DNA of 50,598 nt from Gaiellaceae bacterium (GTDB taxonomy: Bacteria; Actinomycetota; Thermoleophilia; Gaiellales; Gaiellaceae): contig DASUWJ010000040.1 of NCBI GenBank assembly GCA_036378475.1, positions 1 to 50,598 on the forward strand, written 5' to 3'. The notes below the pieces were generated by a model, which did no database searches, was not told the DNA's origin, and was given only the letters and a program-made list of their open reading frames with translations. The position numbers were made by a program, and so were the translations under genes. This document shows positions 1 through 10,692 of this stretch, one piece after another (position 1 is the first letter of the stretch; each line of letters begins with the position of its first letter).

Positions 1-1036
1 CGCTGACGTAGCCCGCCCGCGGCGCCGGCACCTCGCGGATCACGCTCGCACGCGGGAGCACCTGCTCGCCGGGATCCCCGCCCTGGGCGCGGATCCAGCG
101 TTCGTAGGCGGCGAGCGCCGACCCCTCGTCGATCGCCGCCCGAACCCGTTTGCGGGCCGGCTCGATCGCCAGGCCCAAATCGGAGACCGCCAGCAGTTGG
201 GCCGAGGCTTCGACAACGAGCTCGACGAAGTCCGGCGGGCCCTGACCGCGAAGGGTGGCGATCGCCTCGCGGATCTCGAGCGCATTGCCGACGGCGTGGC
301 CGAGCGGCTGCTCCATGTCGCTCAGCAGGGCGACGACTTGACGCCCCGCGCGCCGGCCGAGATCGGCCATCACCTCCGCGAGTGTCTCGGCGTCGGCGCG
401 CGACTTCATGAAGGCACCGTCACCGACCTTGACGTCGAGCACGATCGCATCGGCGCCACCCGCGATCTTCTTCGACATGATGCTCGCGGCGATCAGCGAG
501 TAGTTGTCGACGGTGGCGGTCACGTCGCGAAGGGCGTAGAGCCGTTTGTCCGCCGGGACGAGCTCGGCCGTGGCACCGACGATCGCGAGTCCGACCTCCA
601 TCACCTGCTCGACCAGTTCCGACGTGGTCAGCTCGACGCGAAACCCGGGGATCGACTCGAGCTTGTCGAGCGTGCCGCCCGTGTGACCGAGCCCGCGGCC
701 ACTCATCTTCGCGAACGGCACCCCGCACGCCGCCACGACTGGGCCGACGGCGATCGAGGTCTTGTCGCCGACACCGCCCGTGGAGTGCTTGTCGACGATC
801 TTCCTGCCGAGCGCGCCGTGGAGATCAACAGTCTCGCCCGTCCGGATCAGCGCGTCGGTCAGGGCATAGGTCTCCGCGGTCGAGAGACCGCGGAAAAAGA
901 CGGCCATGCAAAAGGCGGCCAGCTGGTAATCCGGAATCTCGTCCCTGGCGTAACCGAGAATCAGCTCGGCGATCTCCTCGGCCGCAAGCTCCTCGCCGTC
1001 GCGCTTACGCTGGATCAGCTCCGGAACTCGGATCAC
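1..1036 (-). CDS. deoA: Pyrimidine-nucleoside (thymidine) phosphorylase, 3' end runs off the window
   Basis: This gene is not in the ORF track because it is truncated. My manual minus-strand translation from GTG 1036 gives VIRVPELIQRKRDGEEL...FFRGLSTAETYALTDALIRTGE...DKHSTGGVGDKTS...RGLGHTGGTLDKLESIPGF...YALRDVTATVDN. These are classic thymidine/pyrimidine-nucleoside phosphorylase motifs. The GTG start overlaps the upstream TGA stop (GTGA, 1033-1036). Confidence 0.85.
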   Translation of the reverse strand, partial: MIRVPELIQRKRDGEELAAEEIAELILGYARDEIPDYQLAAFCMAVFFRGLSTAETYALTDALIRTGETVDLHGALGRKIVDKHSTGGVGDKTSIAVGPVVAACGVPFAKMSGRGLGHTGGTLDKLESIPGFRVELTTSELVEQVMEVGLAIVGATAELVPADKRLYALRDVTATVDNYSLIAASIMSKKIAGGADAIVLDVKVGDGAFMKSRADAETLAEVMADLGRRAGRQVVALLSDMEQPLGHAVGNALEIREAIATLRGQGPPDFVELVVEASAQLLAVSDLGLAIEPARKRVRAAIDEGSALAAYERWIRAQGGDPGEQVLPRASVIREVPAPRAGYVS

Positions 1037-1752
1037 GCGCTCTCCTTGTCGGCGACGAGGATGCAGACGGAGCTCGTGGCCTGCAGCGGCCAGACGTCCT
1101 CGGGCAGCTCGTCGGCGAGGTGCGAGCGGGTCACCGAGGCTGCGACGTAGCGCCGTGCTTCCTCCCGATCGGAAATCCACACCCGCCCCCGAACATCGAG
1201 ACGCTCGACCCTGGCGAAGTGCCCCTCGAGCAAGGCGGCCCCGTTCTCACAACTGAACGGGTGCCGCCGCTCGGCGTCGGCGCCGAAGAGCGACCAGAGC
1301 TCCCAGAGGTTTCGCGCACTGTTCGTCACCGCGACCAGCCGCCCCGAAGGCCCGAGCACGCGCGCGAGCTCCCCGAGCCCGCGCTCCAGATCCGGCACGT
1401 GGTAGAGGACCCACGCCGCCACGGCGCAGTCGAAGGACGCGTCCGCGTAGGGCAGGGCCTGGATGTCGCCGAGCCGCGCATCGACACCGCGCGCCCGCGC
1501 GAGCTCGACCATCCGCGGCGACAGATCGACCGCCACCACGTCCACTCCGAAATCGCGGCCGAGTCGAGCCGAGAATTCACCCGGCCCCGGGCCGACCTCA
1601 AGGATCCGGTTCGGCTTCCGTTCGGCAACGGCCTCGAACGCGACCTGCCAGGGGTCGGGGCCATCGGAGCTCTCCCAGAGCGCTCGGCGGGTCGCCAGCC
1701 GGGTCTCGTCCGAGTATTCCCGGCGAACGAGCTCGGGGTCGTTCAGGCTCAA
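1033..1752 (-). CDS. Class I SAM-dependent methyltransferase
   Basis: This is the 1033..1809 ORF. It has motif I ILEVGPGPGEFS and a DLSPRMVE post-I motif. I prefer TTG 1752, which overlaps the deoB stop as TTGA. GTG 1809 would overlap deoB by 61 nt. Confidence 0.75.
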   Translation of the reverse strand: MSLNDPELVRREYSDETRLATRRALWESSDGPDPWQVAFEAVAERKPNRILEVGPGPGEFSARLGRDFGVDVVAVDLSPRMVELARARGVDARLGDIQALPYADASFDCAVAAWVLYHVPDLERGLGELARVLGPSGRLVAVTNSARNLWELWSLFGADAERRHPFSCENGAALLEGHFARVERLDVRGRVWISDREEARRYVAASVTRSHLADELPEDVWPLQATSSVCILVADKESA

Positions 1753-2915
1753 GGCTCGAGGATCGGCGTGCCCGGGATCCCGCGTCCGGGGGCCTTGCCA
1801 CCAAGCCACTTGTTGACGGTCGAGCCAACGTCGGCGAACTCGCCCTCGTGAATGCGTCCGGCCGCGTTCTTGCCGGCCACGTACGCGAGCAGCAACGCGT
1901 GCTCACGCGAGTGGTCGGTCGACGGCGTCGTCGGATCGCAGCCGTGATCTGAGGTCAGAATCAAAAGCTCTCCGGGCCGTAGGGCCTCGAGCAGGTCGGG
2001 CAGGCGGCGGTCGAAATCCTGGAGGCAGCGGTGGAAGTTGACGGGGTCGTTGCGGTGCCCCCAGAGCATGTCCGTCTCGACGAGGTTCGTGAAGATGAAC
2101 CCGTCCTCGAGTTCACGCAGCAGCGTTTCGGTCTGCTGGATGCCCTCGACATTGGACTTGGTCGGATGCGATTCGTCGATGTCCTGACCCGCGAAGATGT
2201 CGGAGATCTTGCCGATGCCGTGCACCACTTTCCCGCTTTCACGGATCAGCGTCAGGTAGTTCGGACGCCGGGGCTCGAGCGAGAAATCGTGGCGGTTCGC
2301 CGTGCGCTCGTAGTTGCCGGGCTCGCCGGTGAAGGGCCGCGCGATCACGCGGCCGACGGCATGGTTGCCCGTCAGGATCTCGCGCGCGATCCGGCTCGCG
2401 GCGTAGAGCTCCTCGAGCGGAATCGTCTCCTCGTGGGCCGCGATCTGGAAGACGGAGTCGGCGGAGGTGTACACGATCCACTTGCCGGATCGCTGGTGCT
2501 CTTCCCCCAGTTCTTGGATGATCTCCGTCCCCGAGGCCGGTTTGTTGCCGAGGACGCCGCGGCCGGTCCTGTGCATGAACGGATCAATGACGTCGTGTGG
2601 AAATCCGTGCGGGTAGGTCGGCATCGCCTGCGGCGTCACGACACCCATCAGCTCCCAGTGCCCGGTGGTCGTGTCCTTGCCCTTCGAGCGCTCGATCAAG
2701 CGCCCTGCAACCGCGGGCGCCCCCGGCTGCGGCGGGCACCCTTCGAGCGACTCGACGTTCCCGAGGCCGAGCGCCTCCAGGTTCGGCAGGTCGAGACCCC
2801 CCACCGCGCGAGCGACGTTTCCGAGCGTGTCCGAGCCGAGGTCACCGAAGTCGGCAGCATCCGGCAGCGCTCCCGCGCCGACGGCATCGAGCACGATCAC
2901 GCAGGCGCGCGACAC
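1749..2915 (-). CDS. deoB: Phosphopentomutase
   Basis: 388 aa with N-terminus CVIVLDAVGAGALPDAADFGD.GSDTLGNV and C-terminal region LILTSDHGCDPT...HSREHALLL, which match full-length DeoB motifs. Confidence 0.9.
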   Translation of the reverse strand: MSRACVIVLDAVGAGALPDAADFGDLGSDTLGNVARAVGGLDLPNLEALGLGNVESLEGCPPQPGAPAVAGRLIERSKGKDTTTGHWELMGVVTPQAMPTYPHGFPHDVIDPFMHRTGRGVLGNKPASGTEIIQELGEEHQRSGKWIVYTSADSVFQIAAHEETIPLEELYAASRIAREILTGNHAVGRVIARPFTGEPGNYERTANRHDFSLEPRRPNYLTLIRESGKVVHGIGKISDIFAGQDIDESHPTKSNVEGIQQTETLLRELEDGFIFTNLVETDMLWGHRNDPVNFHRCLQDFDRRLPDLLEALRPGELLILTSDHGCDPTTPSTDHSREHALLLAYVAGKNAAGRIHEGEFADVGSTVNKWLGGKAPGRGIPGTPILEP

Positions 2916-2935
2916 GCGGCTATTCTAGGTTCGTC

Positions 2936-3067
2936 ATGGCGACCGGACTGGGACTGCTCGGCCTGCTCGGGTTCATCCTCGCCGTGATCGTCCTCGCGGC
3001 CAGCGTCACCTGGATCGTGGTCAAGGTGACCCCCCAGCGCCGCAAGCCAGAGCAGCCTGCACCCTAA
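2936..3067 (+). CDS. Hypothetical 43-aa single-pass membrane peptide
   Basis: An internal ATG of the 2597..3067 ORF gives MATGLGLLGLLGFILAVIVLAASVTWIVVKVTPQRRKPEQPAP. That is one clean TM helix followed by a basic tail. It lies 20 nt from the divergent deoB start. No homology was recognised. Confidence 0.3.
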   Translation: MATGLGLLGLLGFILAVIVLAASVTWIVVKVTPQRRKPEQPAP

Positions 3068-3226
3068 GCTCGTCAGGTTTCGAAGCACACCGCTCGAACC
3101 GCGCCGAATCGGCGGGCGCGCTCGCGCTGGATGGCGCCGAACGCCGCCCTACCGAGCGGTCGTTTCGCGCTGCGCGGGTCGAAACGCGGGGATGTGCCAG
3201 GGTGGCACCGCTCCACGCCGGCTCCG

Positions 3227-4351
3227 TCAGACAGGGGCCAGTGGCAGCGCGTCGTCTAGGGGCGAGTACTCGAGATTGTGCGCTTCGGCCACGGCCTCGT
3301 AGGTGACCTTCCCCTCGAGCACGTTGACGCCACGGGCGAGGGTTCGGTCGCGGGCGACTGCCTCGCGAAGTCCGTGCTCGGCGATCGACTCGACGTAGGG
3401 GAGCGTCACGTTCGTGAGCGCCTTCGTCGAGGTGATCGGCACGGCGCCCGGCATGTTGGCGACGCAGTAGTGCGTCACGCCCTCGACGACGTAGACGGGG
3501 TCGCTGTGCGTCGTCGGGCGAGAGGTTTCGGCGCAGCCGCCCTGATCGATTGCCACGTCGCAGAGAACCGCACCCTTCTTCATTCCCTTAACCATTGCGA
3601 GCGAGATCAGCTTTGGAGCGAGCGCGCCGGGGATCAGCACGGCTCCGATCACGACATCGGCTTCGGCCACCGACTCCTCGATCTGCAGGGTCGAGGACAT
3701 CACCAGGCTGACCCGCCCCGACAGAACCTCCTCGAGATGCCGCATCCGGTCGACCGAGCGCTCGAGGATCGTCACCTGCGCTCCGAGCCCGAGCGCGATC
3801 ACGGCAGCGTTGTAGCCGACCATGCCGCCGCCGATCACGACGACCTTGCCGGGCGAGACGCCGGCGACACCGCCGAGCAGAAGGCCGCGCCCGCCAAGTG
3901 GCTTCTCGAGGAAGTAGGCACCTGCCTGGGCGGCGAGCCTGCCGGCGACCTCGCTCATCGGCGCCAGCAGCGGCAGCGTCCGTGCGTCGGTCTCGACCGT
4001 CTCGTAGGCGACAGCCGTGATCCCGCTGTCGAGGAGCGCCCTCGTGAGCGACTCGTCGGCCGCGATGTGCAGGTAGGTGAAGAGGACGAGGCCCTCGCGG
4101 AGGCGGCCGTATTCCCCCTCGATCGGCTCCTTGACCTTCAGCAAGAGCTCGCTCGTCTCCCACACCTCGTCGACCGAGACGACCCTCGCCCCGACCGCTT
4201 GGTAGGAGTCGTCGCTGAAGGCGCTTCCCTCGCCGGCGCCGTTCTCGACGAGGACGTCGTGGCCGCGCTGGACGAGCTCGTGAGCCCCCGCCGGCGTCAG
4301 GGCGACGCGGTACTCGTCGGGCTTGATTTCCCTGGCTACGCCAAGCTTCAT
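3227..4351 (-). CDS. ald: Alanine dehydrogenase
   Basis: From the internal ATG at 4351 the protein reads MKLGVAREIKPDEYRVALTPAGAHELVQRGHDVLVENGAGEGS and contains the NAD-binding motif VVVIGGGMVGYNAA. Length is 374 aa. The upstream 126 codons of the long ORF are Arg-rich out-of-context sequence. Confidence 0.9.
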   Translation of the reverse strand: MKLGVAREIKPDEYRVALTPAGAHELVQRGHDVLVENGAGEGSAFSDDSYQAVGARVVSVDEVWETSELLLKVKEPIEGEYGRLREGLVLFTYLHIAADESLTRALLDSGITAVAYETVETDARTLPLLAPMSEVAGRLAAQAGAYFLEKPLGGRGLLLGGVAGVSPGKVVVIGGGMVGYNAAVIALGLGAQVTILERSVDRMRHLEEVLSGRVSLVMSSTLQIEESVAEADVVIGAVLIPGALAPKLISLAMVKGMKKGAVLCDVAIDQGGCAETSRPTTHSDPVYVVEGVTHYCVANMPGAVPITSTKALTNVTLPYVESIAEHGLREAVARDRTLARGVNVLEGKVTYEAVAEAHNLEYSPLDDALPLAPV

Positions 4352-4362
4352 CAGCGCAAAAC

Positions 4363-4494
4363 CTAGCGGGTCACGATTCGCTGACGGCCCGGATCGAGCA
4401 GGGACATCAAGGAAGGCGCGATGACGCACATCGCGAGCAACTCGGCGCTCGGCTGCTTGCCGGCGAAGGCCGTCAGCTGCTCGTCCCGTTTCAT
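4363..4494 (-). CDS. Candidate 43-aa small protein, translationally coupled to the upstream reductase
   Basis: ATG 4494 overlaps the reductase TGA stop (ATGA, 4491-4494). The product is MKRDEQLTAFAGKQPSAELLAMCVIAPSLMSLLDPGRQRIVTR. By my count, third codon positions are almost all G/C (about 37 of 42), as in genuine genes here. No homology was recognised. Confidence 0.25.
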   Translation of the reverse strand: MKRDEQLTAFAGKQPSAELLAMCVIAPSLMSLLDPGRQRIVTR

Positions 4495-5263
4495 CCGGCC
4501 AATCGTTCCACGAGCGCCCGCTCCTGCCGACCGAGCCAGGGCGGCGAGCCGGCGGCGGCGTTCGCGCGGGCGTGCTCGGGATTCCGTGTCGCCGGAATAA
4601 CGACATCGACGCGCTCGTCCGAGAGCGCCCATTTGAGCAGAGCCTGCTGCCAGGTCTGGATTCTGAAGGCCCGCAGCGGCTCGAGCTCCGCCTGCCGCGG
4701 GGGGCGGGGCACCGAGCCCTCACCGCCAAGCGGACGCATCACGATCACGCCCACCCCGAGCTCGGCGGCAAGCGGCACTAGACGATCCTCGGCCTCTCGT
4801 TCGCGCGGGTTGAGCGGCACCTGCACGGTGTCGAAGCGCCGCGTCTCGAGTGCCTGAGCGAGCTCGTCGAACGCCGCGGGGCTGTAGTGAGTCACGCCCA
4901 GCTTCGCGATCCGGCCCGCTCCACGCTCCTCCTCCAGCCAGCCGAGCTGCTCGCGCCAGAGCAGGAGGTTATGCACCTGCTCGATCTCGACTTGGCCGAA
5001 CCACGCAAGCTGTCGCTCGTATTGGGCCCGGCCCTCCTCGACCGTGTCGGCCCAGATCTTGGTCGCCAGGGTGATCTCGCGCCGATGTTCGCGCACGACG
5101 CCGCTCAGAGACTCCTCGGCGGCGCCGTACATCGGCGAGGAGTCGATCAGACGGCACCCGGCGCCGAGTGCCGACTCGACGATTTCTCCAGTACCGCATC
5201 GGCTCCGAAGGCCTTCCAGGTGCCGAGCCCGACGACTGGACCGAGCCGCCGCTCCTCCATCAC
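4491..5263 (-). pseudogene. Aldo/keto reductase with an apparent frameshift near 5190-5200 (pseudogene or sequence error)
   Basis: The bulk of the protein (GEIVESALGAGCRLIDSSPMYGAAEESLSGVV ... PATRNPEHARANA) is in the frame of ORF 4491..5459. The canonical AKR N-terminus (V)MEERRLGPVVGLGTWKAFGADA is encoded from GTG 5263/ATG 5260 in a different frame. That frame stops after 37 codons. Confidence 0.55.
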
Positions 5264-5332
5264 GGCCTCGGCCGACCGCGAGCGGTGCCCGAGTGGCTCC
5301 CGCCGGCGAGGCCGACCGTCCGGCGAGCGTCG

Positions 5333-6457
5333 CTAGGGGCCCGCAACCGCTGCCTCGACCAGCGCGAGAGTCACCTCGACCATCCGCTCGAGGTCCTCGA
5401 CCGAGATCCGCTCCTCGGGAGTGTGGATGTCCGTCATCCCGTTGGCGAGGTTGACGCACTGCAGGCCCCGCTCGTTGAAGACGTTCGCGTCGGCACCGCC
5501 GCCACTCAGGCCGTAGCTCGGCTGCAGGCCCGCACGCGCCAGGGCCGTGGCCGCCAAGCGCACCGCCAAGTCATCCCGGCGAAAGCGGTAGCCTCTCGCC
5601 GCCGGTACGACCCTCGTCTCGACATCGCACTCGCCGAGCTGCGCGGCGAAGGTCACCGTCTCCAGCATCTCCTCGATCAGCTCGCCGAGCTTGTGCTCGT
5701 CGTGACAGCGGGCCTCGGCCCAGAATTCGCACCGGTCCGGGACGATGTTGCGGGCGGTCCCGCCCCGAATGTGCCCGACATTCGCTGTCGTCTCCTCGTC
5801 GAGGCGGCCGAGGCGAAGATCTCCGATCGCACGAGCCGCGGCCGCGATCGCCGAGCGGCCCTCCTCCGGATACATGCCGGAGTGAGCCGCACGTCCGCGG
5901 AAGACGACGTCGAGCTTGCACTGGTAGGGGGCACCGAGGATCACCTCGCCGACCGGGCCCGCGTGATCGTAGACGTAGCCGACGCGAGCCTTCAGGCGCG
6001 TCGCGTCGAACGCCTCTGCACCCCGCAAGCCGACCTCCTCCATCGGCGTGAACAGGAGCTCGATCCCGCCATGTGGGCGCTGCTCCACGACGAGCCGCCG
6101 CGTCGCCTCGAGCATCGAGGCGACCGCGGCCTTGTTGTCGGCGCCGAGGATCGTCCCAGCGCCGTTTCGGACCACACCGTCGCTCAAGACGGGTTCGATC
6201 CCTCCCGCGGGCGGCACGGTGTCGAGGTGCGCGCAGAAAAAGAGCGGCATGCCACCGCCCGTGCCCTCGATGCGGCAGAACACGTTCCCGATCGTGGCGC
6301 CGATCCGCGAGCCGACATCGTCCTCTTCCACCTCGAGCGCGAGGTCGCGGAGATACGCGCGAACGTGGTCTGCGACCGCTCGCTCCTCTCCCGAGGGGCT
6401 TGGCAGCGCCGCGAGCTCGAAGAAGAGCCTTGCGACCTCGGGCAGCCCGTCTTCCAC
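5333..6457 (-). CDS. M20/M25/M40 family metallopeptidase (peptidase T-like)
   Basis: 374 aa with FFCAHLDTVPP, GADNKAAVASMLEA, ELLFTPMEEVGLRGA and GGTARNIVPD, which are M20 family metal-ligand and catalytic motifs. Confidence 0.85.
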   Translation of the reverse strand: MEDGLPEVARLFFELAALPSPSGEERAVADHVRAYLRDLALEVEEDDVGSRIGATIGNVFCRIEGTGGGMPLFFCAHLDTVPPAGGIEPVLSDGVVRNGAGTILGADNKAAVASMLEATRRLVVEQRPHGGIELLFTPMEEVGLRGAEAFDATRLKARVGYVYDHAGPVGEVILGAPYQCKLDVVFRGRAAHSGMYPEEGRSAIAAAARAIGDLRLGRLDEETTANVGHIRGGTARNIVPDRCEFWAEARCHDEHKLGELIEEMLETVTFAAQLGECDVETRVVPAARGYRFRRDDLAVRLAATALARAGLQPSYGLSGGGADANVFNERGLQCVNLANGMTDIHTPEERISVEDLERMVEVTLALVEAAVAGP

Positions 6458-6487
6458 GAGCCCGATCTTAGAGGGCCGATTTCGGCT

Positions 6488-8167
<1,680 letters not shown>

Positions 8168-8420
8168 TCACCGCGGGGCGGTTGCTCCCCGATCAGCATC
8201 GGAAGGGAGCGTCCCTCGCCGGCTCCCGCGGTGCCCGTTGCGAGGCCAAGAAGCGCATCCGTAAGGCCTCGACCCCGCAAATACTTCACGGAACCTAAAC
8301 CTAGCACGGCGCCCCACGCACACGATCTGGCAGAGCCCTCATCCCGTCGAGATCCTAGGCGGCGAGCAGGACGGCAAATGCCGCCGATTCAGACGGGTCG
8401 GGAATCGCTCGCCGGTCGGC

Positions 8421-8849
8421 TCAAACCTGGCCCCCGGTCCGGCAGAGTGTCTGGAGCCGTGAGAGGGCCCTTTGCGGCAGCGACCGACCGAGTCCGCCGA
8501 GAAACGGAGCGCTCACCGTCAGCTCGACGCGTGTTCGGCCGGCCGACACCTCGGCCAGGCGAAGCTCGACATCTACCTTGCCCTCGACGAACTGCCACGT
8601 CGCGAGCTCGGGCCGGCGCACCTCGAGGAAGACCAGGTAGCCGGTCACATCGGGCTTTCGGCCGATGAAGACATTGGCCCGGCCCCGTGTCTGGATCCGC
8701 CACCTCGCTCCGGGGGCGAGGCCGCGCCGGTCGGGTTCCACCTCCCCGATCCCCGGCCACCAGCCGGCGAGGTTGGTTGGCTCGGCAAGGAAGGCCCAGA
8801 CCGTCTCCGGCGAGCCGATCAGCTCACGGGTCGCGCTGTAGGTCGGCAT
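8421..8849 (-). CDS. SRPBCC (START/polyketide cyclase-like) family protein
   Basis: 142 aa. The N-terminus ATRELIGSPETVWAFLAEPTNLAGWWPG is typical of SRPBCC ligand-binding domain proteins. Confidence 0.65.
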   Translation of the reverse strand: MPTYSATRELIGSPETVWAFLAEPTNLAGWWPGIGEVEPDRRGLAPGARWRIQTRGRANVFIGRKPDVTGYLVFLEVRRPELATWQFVEGKVDVELRLAEVSAGRTRVELTVSAPFLGGLGRSLPQRALSRLQTLCRTGGQV

Positions 8850-8916
8850 CTCCGTTTCGCATCGTCCCTGTTTCGACTCGCCCCCGCTCCGAGCTGTCCA
8901 ACCTGACCTGCGGAGG

Positions 8917-10572
8917 CTAGGTGCTCTGGACCGCGGCCAGGAACTCCTGGCCTCCGAGCATCCGTTCCAATTCCTTGCGCCGCTCCGAATCTACGAGCGG
9001 CTCGATGCTCGTATGCGTCGGATCGCCCATGAGCTTCTCGACCCGGAAGTGGCGTTGAGCGCGGCTCGCGATCTGGGGCAGGTGCGTGATGGTCACCACC
9101 TGCGCGCGCTCTCCCAGGCGTTCGAGCGTGGCTCCGACCGCATGTGCGGTCTGGCCGCCGATGCCGGCGTCGATCTCGTCGAAGACGAGCGTTTCGCCGC
9201 CGCCGACCGCCGCGATCGCGAGGGCGATGCGCGAGAGCTCGCCGCCGGACGCCGTCTCCGCAACCGGCGCAAACAACAGCCCGACATTCGGCCGGATCAG
9301 GAACGCGACCGTGTCGCTCCCCGTCGCGCCGAGATCGCGCTCGCCGAGCTCGACCCGGAACTCGCCCTCGCCGATACCGATCCCCTCGAGTTCCTCGGCG
9401 ACAGCCGTCGCGAACGACTCCGCCGCCGCCCGCCTCGCCTGCCGCAAGTCGCGCGCGAGCGTTTCCAGCCGCAGCTTGGCCGCCTCGAGGGCCTGCGCGC
9501 TGGCGGCGAGTGGATCCGAGCCGCTCTCGAGCGCAGCGAGCTCGGCCTCCGCCTCGCTGGCCCGTGTGAGCAGCTCCTCGTAGCTCGACGCGGAGAAGCG
9601 ATGCTTCGCCGTCGCGATCCGTTCGAGCTCTCCCTCGAGCTGCTCCAGGCGGTCCGGCTCGGCCTCGAGCGAGGCGAGGAAGCTCCGCAGATCCGTGGCC
9701 GACTCGCGCAGGCGCAGCTCGACGTCTCGCAGCTCGTCGCCAGTCCGTTGCAATTCCGGCGCGAGCGACTCGAGTGGCGCCAGCGAGCGCTCGGCCGCGG
9801 CCACGAGGGCAGCTGCGCCCGCACCGTCCTCGGGCGTCAGCCCCTCGACCGCCGCCCCGACGCCGGACACGAGCTCGGTCAGGTGACGCAGGCGCTCGCG
9901 CTCGGCCCGCAGGGCATCCTCGGCCCCCTGCTCCATCCCCGCGGTGTCCTCGACGAGCGCGCGCAGCTCCGCCAGCCGCTCGCCGATCGCCGTTGCGTCA
10001 CGAGAGAGTTCCTCGTGGCGTCGGGTCGCAGCCTGCAACTCCCGCCACGCGCCCCTGGCTTCGGCGCGCCGGCGCAGCTGCCCCTCGCCGCAGTAGGAAT
10101 CGAGCAGGTCGAGCTGGTACGCCGGGCGCGCGAGTCGGCGCTGCTCGAACTGGCCGGACATCGCGAGTAGCCGTTCTGCCGCCGCCGCGACATCGTCACG
10201 AGCCGCAGCACGTCCCCAGGCGTAGGCGCGCGTTCGGCCATCGGAAAAGACTCGGCGGGCGAGGACGAGCCCCTGCTCGTCGGCGGGCCGAAGCTCGAGA
10301 AGCGCCTCCAGGCCGTCTTCCTGGAGCAGACCGTCCGGCGGGTCGAGCTCGGCTTCGACGTAGGCCTCCTCGCCGTCGGAGCCGACGAGCGCCGCGTCGC
10401 CGCGGGAGCCGAGCAGGAGTCCGATCGCCTGGGCCAGGATCGTCTTGCCGGCGCCGGTCTCGCCGGTGATCGCGTTCAGACCCGGTCCGAACTCAAGCTC
10501 GGCGTCCCTGATCAGGACCAGGTTCTTGATCCGCAGGCGGCGCAACACCGGACCCGATGGTACGCACGGCAT
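8917..10572 (-). CDS. recN: DNA repair protein RecN
   Basis: LRRLRIKNLVLIRDAELEFGPGLNAITGETGAGKTILAQAIGLLLG (Walker A), a long coiled-coil middle, then C-terminal ASGGELSRIALAI and LVFDEIDAGIGG. The true start may be GTG 10558 or TTG 10555. Confidence 0.9.
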   Translation of the reverse strand: MPCVPSGPVLRRLRIKNLVLIRDAELEFGPGLNAITGETGAGKTILAQAIGLLLGSRGDAALVGSDGEEAYVEAELDPPDGLLQEDGLEALLELRPADEQGLVLARRVFSDGRTRAYAWGRAAARDDVAAAAERLLAMSGQFEQRRLARPAYQLDLLDSYCGEGQLRRRAEARGAWRELQAATRRHEELSRDATAIGERLAELRALVEDTAGMEQGAEDALRAERERLRHLTELVSGVGAAVEGLTPEDGAGAAALVAAAERSLAPLESLAPELQRTGDELRDVELRLRESATDLRSFLASLEAEPDRLEQLEGELERIATAKHRFSASSYEELLTRASEAEAELAALESGSDPLAASAQALEAAKLRLETLARDLRQARRAAAESFATAVAEELEGIGIGEGEFRVELGERDLGATGSDTVAFLIRPNVGLLFAPVAETASGGELSRIALAIAAVGGGETLVFDEIDAGIGGQTAHAVGATLERLGERAQVVTITHLPQIASRAQRHFRVEKLMGDPTHTSIEPLVDSERRKELERMLGGQEFLAAVQST

Positions 10573-10692
10573 CGGAATGCGACTACGGCGCTTGCAGCCA
10601 GGCCTCCGGGTCGCTCCGGCAGGAGATCGGTTCCCATGCAGAGGCGCTTGATCCGCGCAGAAACGACGAACGCAGGCGGCGCCCCTCGCGGG

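Noticed and set aside
197-1150. 317-aa plus-strand ORF
   Set aside because: It lies antisense to the thymidine/pyrimidine-nucleoside phosphorylase, whose motifs (DKHSTGGVGDKTS and others) I could read on the minus strand. The product is Arg/Asp/Gly-rich shadow sequence typical of high-GC antisense frames.
3161-3186. Hairpin cgtttcg-N12-cgaaacg between the convergent small ORF and ald, considered as a terminator
   Set aside because: The stem is only 7 bp with a 12-nt loop and no U-tract on either strand, so it is too weak to call.
6192-6202. ggttcgatccc, a tRNA T-arm-like string
   Set aside because: The flanks do not form a T-stem or an acceptor stem, and it lies inside the M20 peptidase coding sequence. 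I found no tRNA-like cloverleaf in any intergenic region.
10573-10692. Expected LexA/SOS (Cheo-type GAAC-N4-GTTC) box upstream of recN
   Set aside because: Only isolated GAAC strings occur (cgaacgcagg) with no matching inverted half-site, so I cannot support an SOS operator.
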